Of a stretch of DNA of 64,000 nucleotides, positions 1-13,123 are shown in pieces. The notes under the pieces are model-generated. The model did not search any database. It was not told the origin of the DNA and saw only the letters and a list, made by a program, of their open reading frames with translations. The stretch's first letter is position 1. Each line of letters starts with the position of its first letter. The DNA is from Obrimoposthia wandeli (Eukaryota), in the NCBI GenBank assembly GCA_977020255.1, contig CDROCS010000457.1:434001-498000 (forward strand), in the 5' to 3' direction. The translations under genes were made by a program, and so were the position numbers.

Positions 1-865
1 AAAATCTATAGAGTATTACTGACGTATAGCCATCCACAACACCCACCGTTGTATACGTCGCTATCGTCAGGTTGCCGGAACGCCTTAGCCAACCCACAAA
101 CCTGTGCAGATCTGGTGCTCCCAAAAGAGTACTCTAGCAGATGAACCATTTCAGTTATTTGACCACGTCCCTGTGGAAGATCGAATCCTATTATTATCCA
201 CTGATCGTAACGTTCATATTGTTGATACAACCGCGGACTGGCTTTGTTATTGTACATTCAAGGTTTAACCTGGTTTGTTCTACCAGCTATTCACTATTAA
301 TGCTATGAACAACGCCCACATCATTCCATGTGTATTCGCATTTTACCCAACAAGCAACAAGCGACACTTCTTCGTGAATTCCGTGTATACACCCTGAACA
401 ACGACGTGGCCATCGTCCATCACCATTTGCAGATGACATATGATGTCCACGACTGAGTAGAAGGTCTTCTGCGTACCAACAACCACGCTGAAGGCTGGCA
501 TCGCCGTATGCAGTCCAATATTGGCGCACAACACCCAAACATCTGGCGTTTCCTTGATGATCTGCATCGTGAGCAAACCCTCCATCAAGTGATCATCACC
601 CAAGTTTTCGCTGACAAAGCAGCCCCAACACAATGTCGTCCCTTCCTGTGGGTATTGCTCATAACATCCAGATCCAGACGGTGAATTTTGAACTTGTACA
701 TAATATGAATGACTGAAAAAAAATTGGTAAAATATTTCCTTTATACTTTCATTTACCTACAAAATTTTCCTTTTTTTAATTTTTACAGGAGGGGCTATTT
801 GGCGTGTGGTTTTGCGCCGGGGGTTTATGTTCGGGTGGTTTGTTCTAGAGATGTATTACTGTAGA
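1..865 (+). mobile_element. Mutator/MULE DNA transposon, degraded 3' part and right end
   Basis: Broken + strand translation gives DRILLLSTDRN..DWLCYCTFKV*PGLFYQLFTINA..IPCVFA and LRTNNHAEGWHRRMQ..HPNIWRFLDDLHREQ. These are typical MULE transposase motifs (DGTF..P..F.QLY; RTNN..EGWH; HPNIW). A G-rich terminus-like tract lies at ~790-865. Confidence 0.8.
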
Positions 866-1118
866 TGTATTTATATAAATGTTTAGTAGGGACCGAACTA
901 ATGGGATTTGTGTGTTTGCTTTTCGTTATACGAACTTTCATACCTGAGATTGTTTCTCGCTAGAAATTTATTGATAGAAAATCAAAAATATATTTTCACA
1001 AAGATAGGTTGAAGAAAATTGTAGGAACGTATAGCAATAACCCCAAAATTATAAAGTGTTCATAGAACATTGTGTGTCTTTGATTTGAAATTTTCCTTGC
1101 CATTTAATCAAGAAACTC

Positions 1119-1551
1119 TTATTGGAATTCTTCTTTGAATTTTGAAACATTGCAGATAAATGGTTTCCTGGTTTTCTCAAAATGTGGTCGCGGCATGTCG
1201 GAGAAATAACTCTCCAAGTCATCTCCAAGTTTCCATATGTGGTCTGGGAACTGTTACAGCAATTTCCGGAATACTAACTTGTGTCAAATAAGCAAACATC
1301 ATCAATTTCCCCGAACGACTCGATGGGATATAATGTTAATATATGTTCAGTGCAGTTGTTCAAATTTTGAAATAAGGGCCTTACCAGATAAATATCGATT
1401 AGATTTAGCAATGCAGATTTCTGACCATCTGAAACCGCCTCGGGGGAAATATGCGTCAGAGAGACTTGGAGGACCGACGAGGACAAGTGCTTCAGGAGGC
1501 TTGTCACATTAGCCAGATGATCGTCTCGACAAGCGGGACTCTCGATCAAGT
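1119..1551 (-). CDS. Last two coding exons (1385-1551, 1119-1250) of an unidentified host gene; further candidate exons upstream to ~4.3 kb and possibly 6.8-7.1 kb
   Basis: Open exon bounded by tgtag| and ctg|gtaagg. It splices in phase 0 via gtaacag| to FPDHIWKLGDDLESYFSDMPRPHFEKTRKPFICNVSKFKEEFQ*. No family recognised. Confidence 0.45.
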
Positions 1552-4500
1552 CTACACAAGATATATATGTTGTATATACATTGCTAATCGATTTTCGTTT
1601 GTGATTTATAAATTTTTTTAAACTTCATTATTTCAATTTTTACGATTATTTGACTCTCTTAAAAATAACGAATTTCTGGGTAGGGACGTGGATCTCCTTT
1701 CTCCGTTCATAAATATCTATAAAACATGTTTGGATAAATATTCTGTCAATGCTTTAATTTCTTTTGAAGGTCTTCATGTAATTTTTAAATATTTCGTAGA
1801 CAACTCCCCCTACCATTTCATTGAGAAATCTAACAGCTTTTTCTCGTTTAAATGACTATTTTACTACATATCTTTTTGGTTTCAATCGGTACTGAATGTG
1901 AATGTTTGCTGGCAAATATGGGCGTACGTTTTAGCGTAGTTTTTGGTGAAGTGGCAGATCCAACGATGCCAGTTGAGGGCTGGCAAAATAAAGTTAAAGT
2001 AACATAAAAATAGACAACATGTAAAATGGTTTTTAAAATAATAAAAATCGAATATGGAATGTTGTCGACGTGTAAGAAAAAATTGTTGAAAACGTTGCCT
2101 TTTAATTTTAGATTGTGTTTTTAATTCTGACATTTGGAAAATACATGTCTGGGTCAAAAGGAAATATTGCTATAATTGATACGGCTGAAGATATAACTAG
2201 GAAGAGAACCATTTACTTGAATGTTCCACCAAAAAAGCTCTAATTGCCTAAACGAAATCGAATGTTTGAAGAGGTTAAAAATATCAACTACATCAATGAC
2301 AAGCGTTCTAAAGTCTCAAATGCATTAGACAATTTTATGAAATGTTATCTCAAGGAATCTCCTACGTATATTACGATGAAAATTGAGATATGTCAAGAAA
2401 ATTTAGAACGTAAATGTTAATCTCTTGTTAAAGCCGGCGATTTTTTGAGAAATTAACATTTATTAAATGGTAGTTTGAAAATGTTAAATTAAAAAATGAT
2501 TTCTAAAATGATTAAAAAATGAAATGACTTCTGGAAAATATTTATCATATTATAAAATATCAACTGAATTAAAGTTTCAACTTTAAAAATGATTTATACT
2601 ATTTAAAAGAATTCTAATTCGTAAAATGAAATGAAATAAGTCACTAATAAACTCACCCGACGGAATTTCATTGATTAACTTTCTATGTAATGCTATAAAA
2701 ATGCTCGATGATATATCATCTAAACTGCGTACTTCAACTTTCCCAGATTCACGCAGTATTTTGTTTACAAAATCCAATTTTTCTAAATAATTAAATTTTT
2801 TAAAATTAATATTGATAAAAAAACCTTTATACAACATTTCCTATGTTTTATTATTTCAGAAATATCGCATAAATAAGGCAAAAATTATAATATTATAATA
2901 ATGAAATCAAGTATCGACACTAACAAAATTCTTTATGTGAAAGGCCAACAGAGATGAAAATTTACTAAAAATGGATATTAGCTGTATAAATGATAATTCA
3001 TTGAAAAGTAAAACAGAATATAAAAAAAACAAAATTATTAAAATTCTATATAAAATACATATATAGTTTACAAAAGTAGATAAAAATAGAAATAGAATAT
3101 AGTATATAATCTAAGTTTATCTAGTTGAAATTTAAAAAGAAAATTTATTGATATGTATGTAAAGTTAATTGTATTTTTTTTTGATAAAGTTTAACAATTC
3201 TTAGAAAATCAGTTAAATTTATTTTTGAAAAAAGAGGAATTGACAAGGTCATCAAAGCTTACCTTAGTAACATGGCGCTATTGTGATCATCTTGTTTACA
3301 TAATCGAATTTTATCGTTAAAATTTTATTTTAGTATCAGTAATATTATTGTTAAAACACGCATGTGATTTGACATTTTTCTGTAATGAAATTGTTTTATA
3401 ATTCTTATTTCTTAAATTCCTTTAAAAAAATTTTAAATAAAAATGTTATATCAGAAAATGGATGTTTTAATATAGCAAATTTTATTTTATAAGATGACAG
3501 AATCCATTTAGAAAAATTGTTAAAATATAATTTCTTTTTACTCCTTATATATTATTTTTAAATGAAAAAAAATTGTTTTCTTTAAATTATTTTTATTAAA
3601 TAGTTTCACCCTACTATGGGATTGTCGCGCCGTGGATAGATTATGTTATCTCTGTCTTCGAGGTGACCGAATGCCTGCAAAGTCAAAGATAACTCTGTTG
3701 AATAAACAAAGATTGAGAAAGAGAGACTATCGTATATCAAATGACCCTTTTCTGTCAATTCGATAGCAAATAAAGCTACTTTTCTGAGAAATTGATAATT
3801 CTTCATTGGCCACAAAAAAGATGCCGTGGCTACAACATCTTGAACCATTCCACCCTTATTCATGCACAGCCGATTGTCAGATCTCTCTCCGTGATCTGGT
3901 TCCGTTCCCTCAAGCTATTCCATACTCACTATCAAGTATATAAAACAAATTACAAATTTCCTTTATCGTAGACACAAATAAATATTTTAAAAAATCCTGA
4001 TATCCTCAGAGAGCCTTAAATCAAATAAAGAAGATACAATATATGTTACCAGTACCTTCTCCTCGTTAGAATTTCAAAGGCCATACATTTTATCTGTCCA
4101 ATAACTTACCAACTTTACACTTGTAAAATTAGTGCATTAAAATGGTTTGATATTTCTTAAAATCCAATGTTACTATTAAACGTTTTTGCATAGAAAGTTC
4201 AATCAATTAACATTTTTATAACCATCGATATTTTTGCAATTTGTATCTAATAAATAAATAATTTAAAGTTGAATCCAAATAGACATTACTCGGTCTTTAT
4301 GTATTTTTACTATTTTTTTTTGCACGGTGCTGAAATTAAAAGTTTCTTCAAAACTTCATAATTTTTATAAAAATATATTAACTTGTAAAATTAATTAGTG
4401 GAATAGAATCCAAACTAAAGTTAAATAATGATTATTTAAAACTTTTGTTATGTATGAGATTTATTTTGTAAAATTATTTAAAAATTAAGATAATTTATTT

Positions 4501-4676
4501 TAATATATATCACATGTTTAATTTTATTAAGTTTGATTTGAGATAATTTTAAGTATTTTTCTTTCACAAGTAATTTTTATATTAATTGAAACAATTAGTT
4601 TATTCAAAGTAAATTTCAAAATATTTTTGAAACAGATACTCAACATAGTAATGTTGAGCAAAATATTGTTCCTTAA

Positions 4677-6754
4677 CCCATATTAACACAGTGATCTCAT
4701 ATGAGATCACCAATAAAAGGATACTTGTGAAGCAACTATAGAGGTTTATGTACTTTTTATAGATTTTTCATATTTTCTATACATATACGTTATTAATTTA
4801 ATAATTTTTAAAAAATTAATTGGTCAAAACATGAATTTAAAATGTTGAAAATTTTCAAAATTAGGGGTAGTATAATAGAGTTGGAAGATTTGGGAATACA
4901 AGTTGTAAAGAATGCTATGAAAAGATCCAAATTTCAAACATTGAAAAATATTATACATTTTTGTGACAATGATGATGCAGAAAACATTAAATATGATCGA
5001 GGGTTCAAAATCTGAAAACTAATATCAGCAACACAAAAATCGTTTATGAAATTTGAGATATTTGAAGAGTGTCTTGCAATGGACTAAATGATTGTAAAAT
5101 ATTTTGGCCACAATCCTTTAAAGCAGTTTATAAACGGAAAGCCTGTAAGATTTGGGTACAAACTTTGGGCATTATGTGGTGTGTCTGGCTAATGCTACAA
5201 TTTCGATCTTATTGTGGTAAAGGTGCCACCGATGTTAAAAGGGCAGATCTTTTGCTGGGCTCCAAAGTTGTACTAAATAAGTTGAATGTAGTAAAAATAC
5301 CAAAATCACATACAGTATTTTTTGATAATTTGTTCACCGGATATGGATTGTTAGTACACCTTCGCAACCTTGGTTTTCAATCAACTGGGACAACGCGTGA
5401 AAATAGATTAAATAATTGTCCGTTGATCGAATCACAAGAAATGACAAAACAGAAAAGGGGGTCATACGACTATAGATTTGACTCGAATGAAGAAATTCTA
5501 ATTGTTAAATGGCTTGATAACAAATGTGTAATTGTTGGGACTAATTACGACACAGTAGAGCCATTAGAAAATGTACAACGTTGGCAAAAATACATAAAGA
5601 TAAGAGGGTATGTTTCTCAACCAAATACATTGAAAAACTATAATGTTTACATGGGAGGTTTAGACAAACATGATTAGTTAGCAAATAAATACTCAACATC
5701 AATTCGAGGTAAAAATGGGTATTGGCCTCTTTTTACTCGTATTATTGATATGACAGTGGTAAATTCATGGATAATTTACAAATTTGTACATGATGATCCA
5801 AAAGAATCTATGGATTTGTTGTCTTTTAAAAGAGCTTTTACCATGTCATGTTTAAAATTGGCAAGTCCTAAATGTCAGCTTGGTCGGAAAAAAAATCGGT
5901 ACCTGGACCATCAAAAAATGAACCAAGTATTCGATTCGACTCCTTAAAGTAACATTATAAGAAAATATGATCATCAAAGAAGATGTCAAACAAGCCCTGT
6001 TCTTCACAACCAAGAACATATTGCTCAAAATGCAATATTACCTTATGTGTCGATTGTGTATCAAAAAATGAACCAAGTATTCGATTCGACTCCTTAAAGT
6101 AACATTATAAGAAAATATGATCATCAAAGAAGATGTCAAACAAGCCCTGTTCTTCACAACCAAGAACATATTGCTCAAAATGCAATATTACCTTATGTGT
6201 CGATTGTGTATCAAAAAATGAACCAAGTATTCGATTCGACTCCTTAAAGTAACATTATAAGAAAATATGATCATCAAAGAAGATGTCAAACAAGCCCTGT
6301 TCTTCACAACCAAGAACATATTGCTCAAAATGCAATATTACCTTATGTGTCGATTGTGTATCAAAAAATGAACCAAGTATTCGATTCGACTCCTTAAAGT
6401 AACATTATAAGAAAATATGATCATCAAAGAAGATTTCAAACAAGCCCTGTTCTTCACAACCAAGAACATATTGCTCAAAATGCAATATTACCTTATGTGT
6501 CGATTGTGTATTACCGTACCACAGAATGTAATAGCTCGTTAATACATTTTTTAAAAATATATGTTTTTGTTTGAATTAACTATACATTTAGTACCTTATT
6601 ATCCCAGTGATCTCGTATGAGATCACCCTATATCTCGGTTATTTTTTGAGGTAAATCAATTCTGACTAGTACAAAATGTTTCTACGCCTTTTAAACTATG
6701 TTGTTGGAAAAATCATTTAAAAAATCAAAAATTGTGAACCTGGGTTATAATAGG
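4677..6754 (+). mobile_element. piggyBac-family DNA transposon with decayed transposase
   Basis: TTAA at 4673-4676 and 6755-6758. Imperfect TIRs (cccatattaacacag / ctgggttataatagg). Subterminal palindrome gtgatctcatatgagatcac near both ends. Transposase motifs FFDNLFTG, GTTRENR, WLDNKCV, YNVYMGGLDKHD and a C-terminal Cys-rich domain; several frameshifts. Confidence 0.92.
5911..6510 (+). repeat. Four near-identical 150-bp tandem copies of the piggyBac Cys-rich C-terminal coding segment
   Basis: Unit starts tcaaaaaatgaacc at 5911, 6061, 6211 and 6361. It encodes ..RRCQ..PCSSQPRTYCSKCNITLCVDC across shared frameshifts. Confidence 0.97.
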
Positions 6755-7565
6755 TTAAATTAATTATTAATTGAACCGAAATGCCTGCAATCTAACGAAA
6801 TTGTTCTGACCGCGACGATCGTTTCACCCTGCTTGTCTTGGTGAACTTCTGCGAAGCCAGAGATAAATAAAGAACAGTAGTCTGTTGGAGACAGGCGTTT
6901 TGATCACATATCAGGTACCCAATTCCTTACCACGTTGATTAGCCATAAAAACAATTTGTTAATCTGTAGTTGCGATGCAGAGTTGGGTTTACTTCCCACA
7001 ATGCTATTTGTAGTTCTTATTATTGCAGCTTACTTTTGCATCGCTATCGGCTTTTATGTTGTTGCTTACAGATAGACGGAATGTCGATTTTCTTCTGCCT
7101 GTCTTTCATCTGTCTTATAAAAGCAGTCAGTGGAAATCAAATCACAAATTATTTTATGCAATATTATTTTGACAATGTTTATTTACAAAATAAATGTTTG
7201 ATTTAATTGTTTTATTTTCACAAGAAATATTTATTTTTGAATTTCTTTAGAAATCTTGACGAACTTTATCTATATTACAGATTCATCAAAGTGTCGATTT
7301 TCATTTGTTTAAATATTTACAAAAATATGATTTTTGATTTGCTTGTTTTTTTATATTGTATATATCTAACTAAAATATTGATATTTGTGCAAAAAAATAA
7401 AGATAAAATTTTATTTTTATTGCCTGAATCGCATGTTAATTATAAATAAAATATTTATTTTTAATTATTTTTTAATTTTATATAATCATATGATTATAAC
7501 TTTTAGTCCTTGAATTAATGTTTAAAATTTATATTACTTATTGTTTTCTAAAAATTAAGTAGTCA

Positions 7566-8086
7566 ATGACCGAAAATATAAATACAACTGGCAGTCAAAC
7601 TGTTACGGTAACTCAAGATTCTTCCGATCAAGTATGTTTTTAAAATTGTTAAAATATAATAAGAAGTAGCCTTTGACTTTAGTACTCAGATATCCTGGAA
7701 ACCGACGTCATTTGCAATGGGCTGAGAACGTTATTGACAATGAACACATGGGAAAGAAAAAATCAAAGTGCTGTTGTATATATGAAAGACCTAGAAAGTT
7801 TGATGAATCTAGTAGTTCAAGTTCAGAATCGGACTATGATATAGATTGTTGTGATGATCCGAACGGTCACAAAATCTATAAACTTCATAAGAAGAAGAAA
7901 GATATGTCTAAGAATCAAACAGATCATTGCAGAGGTCATACAGGTGCTTGTTATATTAAGAAAACTGATGAAAAACCATCTGATGATGTTGAGAAAGAAA
8001 CAGATGAAACGAAACCGGAAGAATCGATCCTGTCAGAAGAAACTGTTAAACCTGACGTAGATTATCAAGAAACTAATAAAGATTGA
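7566..8086 (+). CDS. PPP1R11: Protein phosphatase 1 inhibitor-3 (PPP1R11/Ypi1 family), join(7566..7631,7670..8086)
   Basis: Signature [44 protein letters not shown] 38-nt gtatgt..tag intron joins [22 protein letters not shown] in frame. Confidence 0.92.
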
Positions 8087-9157
8087 TATATCTATATGTA
8101 TTTTATCGTGATACCATACAAAGGGACTCCTATTGATATTCTTACTTTCTGCCTTTTATTTACTGACACTGATTAACTCCCATTACATACTGATATGCTC
8201 ATGTATACTCTAAGTCAATGTAATTAAGCTGCAGTGTTTTTCATAAAAATAAAACATTACTTGGAATTATATTGCGGTATGTGTTATACTATACTATTTA
8301 TATAATTGATATAATTTTTCTTTAATAGTTAGTACGAATGGTTAATGGATTTTTGTAAATGATTTTCTAATTTAGTAATTAAGCGCCTGCACTTAGATTT
8401 CCCATTATACTATCATTCGAGAATTACATTCATTTTTGGCAAAAAATATATTTCCAATCGGAAATTTAATAAAATTATTTAATCGGAAAATTCAAGAAAC
8501 GCTAAGAATTAATTCACATTTTGAAATAAATTATAAAATAATTCTTTAAAACTATTTTAGTTACATGTACTGAAAAGGCCTTTTTAAAATAATAAATCTT
8601 TCATTTTCTTTATATTCCGTATTCAATGACTGTTCATATTAGGCTTAAAAGCCCCTTCGCAAAATATTTAAGTTTTCGTTTCATAACGTAATCATAAAGA
8701 TCACAATTAATCACGAACGAAAAGAAAAATACGCTATAAAATACAGTTAGCTGTATCAATAACCTAGCTCAACTGTATGAATGGGCCATCACTGTTCACC
8801 TGGCTCACATCATCGTTCAGGTGTAATAGCAAATTATATAATTCATGAATAAAGATTCGTTAAAAAATTGTGGATTTCTACCAGGTATTTTAGGGGAATT
8901 TGGTTATATATAAAGAACGCGTCATAATAAATATTCAGTCACAAAACGTTTTAGTTCTACTCGTAAGGTTAATAATAATGCTTATTGTCTTTCATAGTTC
9001 CATTATATTTTAACATAAATTCAATTTTCTCGATAAAGTCTTGCAGTAATTAAAATATGTTTAGAATCCAAAGAGCAATTGAGGATTTGAAGTAAATATA
9101 TAACTATTAAATCTAAATAGCCAACGAGAATAAAAGTACTTTGTAAACTTATAATTG

Positions 9158-11105
9158 TGTTGGGGTTTCTATATGAAACTGTTTTTCTAATATAGAACCT
9201 CAGGATGGAGAGCCCCAACGTGAGTTCTATAGAAGCAGGACTTGTAGATGTTTGTGGCCTACTTAATGTTATACTTGCCTGTCTCAATTATTATCTGAAG
9301 GTTTGTTATTTCTAAATTTGAAGGGTCTATAACAACGCTGTCTAGTTGTAGGAAATCGTTTATTTCTAATCACACTAAATTAACACGTCTAAATATGTTC
9401 TAAAAATTACAATACAATTCCTAAGACTTTTGCAAAGTCTCTACATAAGTGGGGATGATCCACGTATCGATTTTATTTTAGGGTTGGTTAGTTACTAGAG
9501 TCTTACTCTAAAATGTGACAAGGTTAAAGTGGTAGGTTTTTTGGGTAGCTAGTTGCTATAAAATGGAGATTGAGTTTAGAGAGCTGTTTGCTCTAAAATA
9601 GTGAAATGATTTTAAATTAGGGAATTGGTTTTTTGTGAGCTGTTTGCTCTAAATTTGGAAAAGATGGTTTAATAAATTTATGAGTAATTTAGAGAGCGGA
9701 TGCTCTAAAATGAGGAATAAGTTTGGAGAGCTTGTTGCTCTAATTTAGGCAAAATCAAAGGACAGTTTCTACGCAATTATGAAACAAATCAAATGTAAAA
9801 TATGGGACGATTATATGAAATCAAGTAACAGTTTATACGCAATTATGAAACAAATTAAATCTTCCACTTTTCTGTTCACAGTATTATCAGTATTTTAATT
9901 CTTAATATTTTTACGATTTTTACTTTCAAATACTGCCACGTTTGGCTCTTACCTCCTCCGAATAACCCGGCGTCCGGTCTCGCTAGGCCTCCTCAATGTC
10001 GGCAGAGTTGCCCTGCTCGGTTCTCGTTCTAGGTGCTGTAGTCGCACGGCTCGGTTCTCGTTCTAGGTGCTGTAGTCGCACTGCTCGATTCTCGTTTTTA
10101 GTGGGATCTTCTTTAGACTCCTAATGTTTTCTGCAAGTCTGAATTTAATTTGGGTTTTTTATCCGGCTGTGTTTGTGACTTACCTTTGTCGAATGGGCCG
10201 GCTGTTTGATTTCAATAGCTAATATATCCTGGCTTTTATTGTTTGGAGCGAGAATGTTTGAATAATTGAGTCAATTACTTCTTATTTTATTATTTGGATC
10301 GAGATGTGTTTGAATAATTTAATCAATTGCTTCTTCTTTTATTATTTGGATAGAGACGTGTTTGAATAATTTAATCAATTGCTTCTTCTTTTATTATTTG
10401 GGTCGAGACGTATTTGAATAATTTAGCCGATTACTTCTTCTTTTATTATTTGGATCGAGACGTGTTTGAATAATTTAGCCGATTACTTCTTGCTTTTAGT
10501 ATTTGGCGCGAGTTGTTCTGCAACAATCGAGTAATTGCGTTAGTATTTATATAAATTTACCTTGGCACTGTCCAGATTCTAATGGGTTTCCTGCTCGTTC
10601 CTCCGCGACTCAATTCTGCAGTCTACTTGCTGCTTGTTGTTCGGAGGTCCTGATCCCGTTAAGTGCTCTCTCAGACACTGATAATGGGCTCGTTTGTTCA
10701 GCTGTTTGGCTCCCAGTGACTCCTACAATTCTTCTGACGAGATTTTCCTTTTAACAACAGTTAATGGCACTTAGCCTAATGTATTTCCTTACCTTGAGAC
10801 TGGATGGCTGGCGTAGTTCCCAGCGTCAATGATTTCTTCAACTTAATTAACTTTTTAATTATCTTCTCTGTTTTGCGGCTAGATCTTTTTGGGGGCCCTT
10901 TACTTTAATTTTAACCTCTATATATATCGCACACTAAACATGACCTTTCAAGGTCCTAATATTTTTCTACAAAAACTATATTTAATTTCAATTTTAATTT
11001 ATATTTAAAATTAATTTAGTCTATATTTAACCTTGCTTTCAAGGATTTTTATTTTAGTATAAAATCAATTAATTATTTAAATTTACTCAAAACCTAATCC
11101 TAACA
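9158..11105 (-). mobile_element. Solo LTR, family A (copy A1)
   Basis: On - it reads tgttaggattagg...gaaaccccaaca. Perfect 4-bp TSD ATTG at 9154-9157 and 11106-11109. Internal ~56-bp tandem repeats at ~10250-10500. Confidence 0.93.
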
Positions 11106-12053
11106 ATTGTAACATTTGATTTGTATTTGATTATTTATCAATTTACTGTTACAAATAATTCCTTTTTTATATCGAAACTAAGTATTCGTTTATCCTATTA
11201 TGTTGTATAACTTTTGTGATCTTCTAACTTTGTGTAACTTGATTCCCAAATGTGAAATGATAATCATCATTTAATTGTATTTGCGATTTAATATTGAATG
11301 GACATGAATTATCGTTTTGAATTCATTTAAACAGTTTTAGATTGTGTAGACTGCTTTAATTGATTAAAGTTTCATAAAGCTTCAGATAAATTTGGTCTAT
11401 CTATTTTTATATAGTGTTATATTTTTAAAAAATATTTTTATTAAAAAGCTAAAGAACTGCTCCAATACAATCAAACAAAGATTTTCATCACAGTCTTATG
11501 TCGGGGTAAGAGGACTAACCAACTATAGTTTCATTTCCAAAAACTGAAGTTTATGATATCAAGCCACAATTCACTACGTGATTTCTTATCTATTTTACTG
11601 TCATTCCTCATGATGTAATCCGAGTGTGACAGAAAGGAAGCCCAGCTGCTCTAGAAATTGCATTTCAACACCCAACAAGAAGCTCATTAAGATTAAAGGA
11701 ACAGCAGTGCCAGCTTTTTAAGTATGTAGTTACTTATTAACTTTTATTAACTTCATTAAAATGAGACTTTACTGGCGAATCATCCAAGAGATTCAACATT
11801 TACAACCACATCAAACCAGAGTATATTCTACAAATCCATGCCCCTATCCTGTCGTTGCATATTCGCACTAATAGCCAAGTAGTTAATAGAGATTTTCCCC
11901 ACTGAATTAGCTACCGATCCCGGGACAATGTAGTGGTACCAAAGTTGTAACATGATTGAAGCCTCAAGCACAGTTGTTAGTTTATTAGAAAACTTTGATA
12001 TATTGGATGAATATCTAACCAAATAAATAACAAATAAATAACTCTCTTCTTTA

Positions 12054-12180
12054 TTGTTTCAAATATAACAAATTGATGATTGTTTCAGATATAACAAATT
12101 GATGATTGTTTCGAATATAACAAATTGATGATTGTTTCAAATATAACAGATTGATGATTGTTTCAAATATAACAAATTGA
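12054..12180. repeat. 26-bp minisatellite, ~4.5 copies
   Basis: aaatataacaaattgatgattgtttc repeated at 12061, 12087, 12113, 12139 and 12165. Confidence 0.95.
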
Positions 12181-13123
12181 GAATTTCTTCCTTCTTTCTA
12201 ATACAATTTTTCTTTTTCAACTTGCAGAATCCATACAATTTATAATGAACGATCATCAGGCTGATCGATATTAGAAATAAGGTCACATATGACTTGTGCA
12301 GTCTGGCCTGACGTGTGCAAAAATCCCGATACACTGTCCCCTGCGCATGTGTGTATATTCAACCGAGGTCGGGTGAATATTTTTGTAGGATAATTTACTC
12401 CGCTGCCCAAATGTCAAATTGCAGCACCATGGAGAAAATATAATCTTCGTCCGCACGAATTGATTTATGGCAGCAAAGGGAGACCGAGAAAGTCGTCAAA
12501 GTGCAGCCAATCGGTGCAAAGCGTGCACACACACTCACACAGTCAGAAAAAACACACAGGCGAAAGAAAAATTGTCAGTAGTCACAATGATGTCTTGTTT
12601 ACTCGCGCTCGAGGCTGCTGGACAGTGAAGTGAATTCGTACGTCTCCTGGTGCATCTGGGCAGTTGTGCAGCATGGACAGGGAAAAAAGACCAAACACAG
12701 ACTACAATCATCGAAACAACTGCATAATCCATGGTGCCAGTCATCATCGACGTAGTACAGTCAAGTGCAGCAGAGGGAGACCGAGATATGGTGGAATGGG
12801 AGGAAGGTGAGAGAGGATGTCGAGGAGGCGAAGAATCTGGTGGCAGGCAGATACTGCATCCACGAATTGATGTTGTTGTAGGCTTGGAATCCACTCGAGT
12901 GGAAAGGAACCGCCGACAACAGTGCTGGGAAGAAGAAAAACTTCGCTTTAAAAATCGCCCCATTTTTTTATGCCGCCTTCCTGACGAGCCTGGCAAGGCG
13001 AAACGGGACGTCCACCCCGTCGGAGGCTGACTAGGAATAACTCCATGACTGTGGGGACCTCAATTAATGTCAATTTAAATTGACAAAATAATTATTTAAT
13101 TGTTTTAATTACTTAACCCAACA

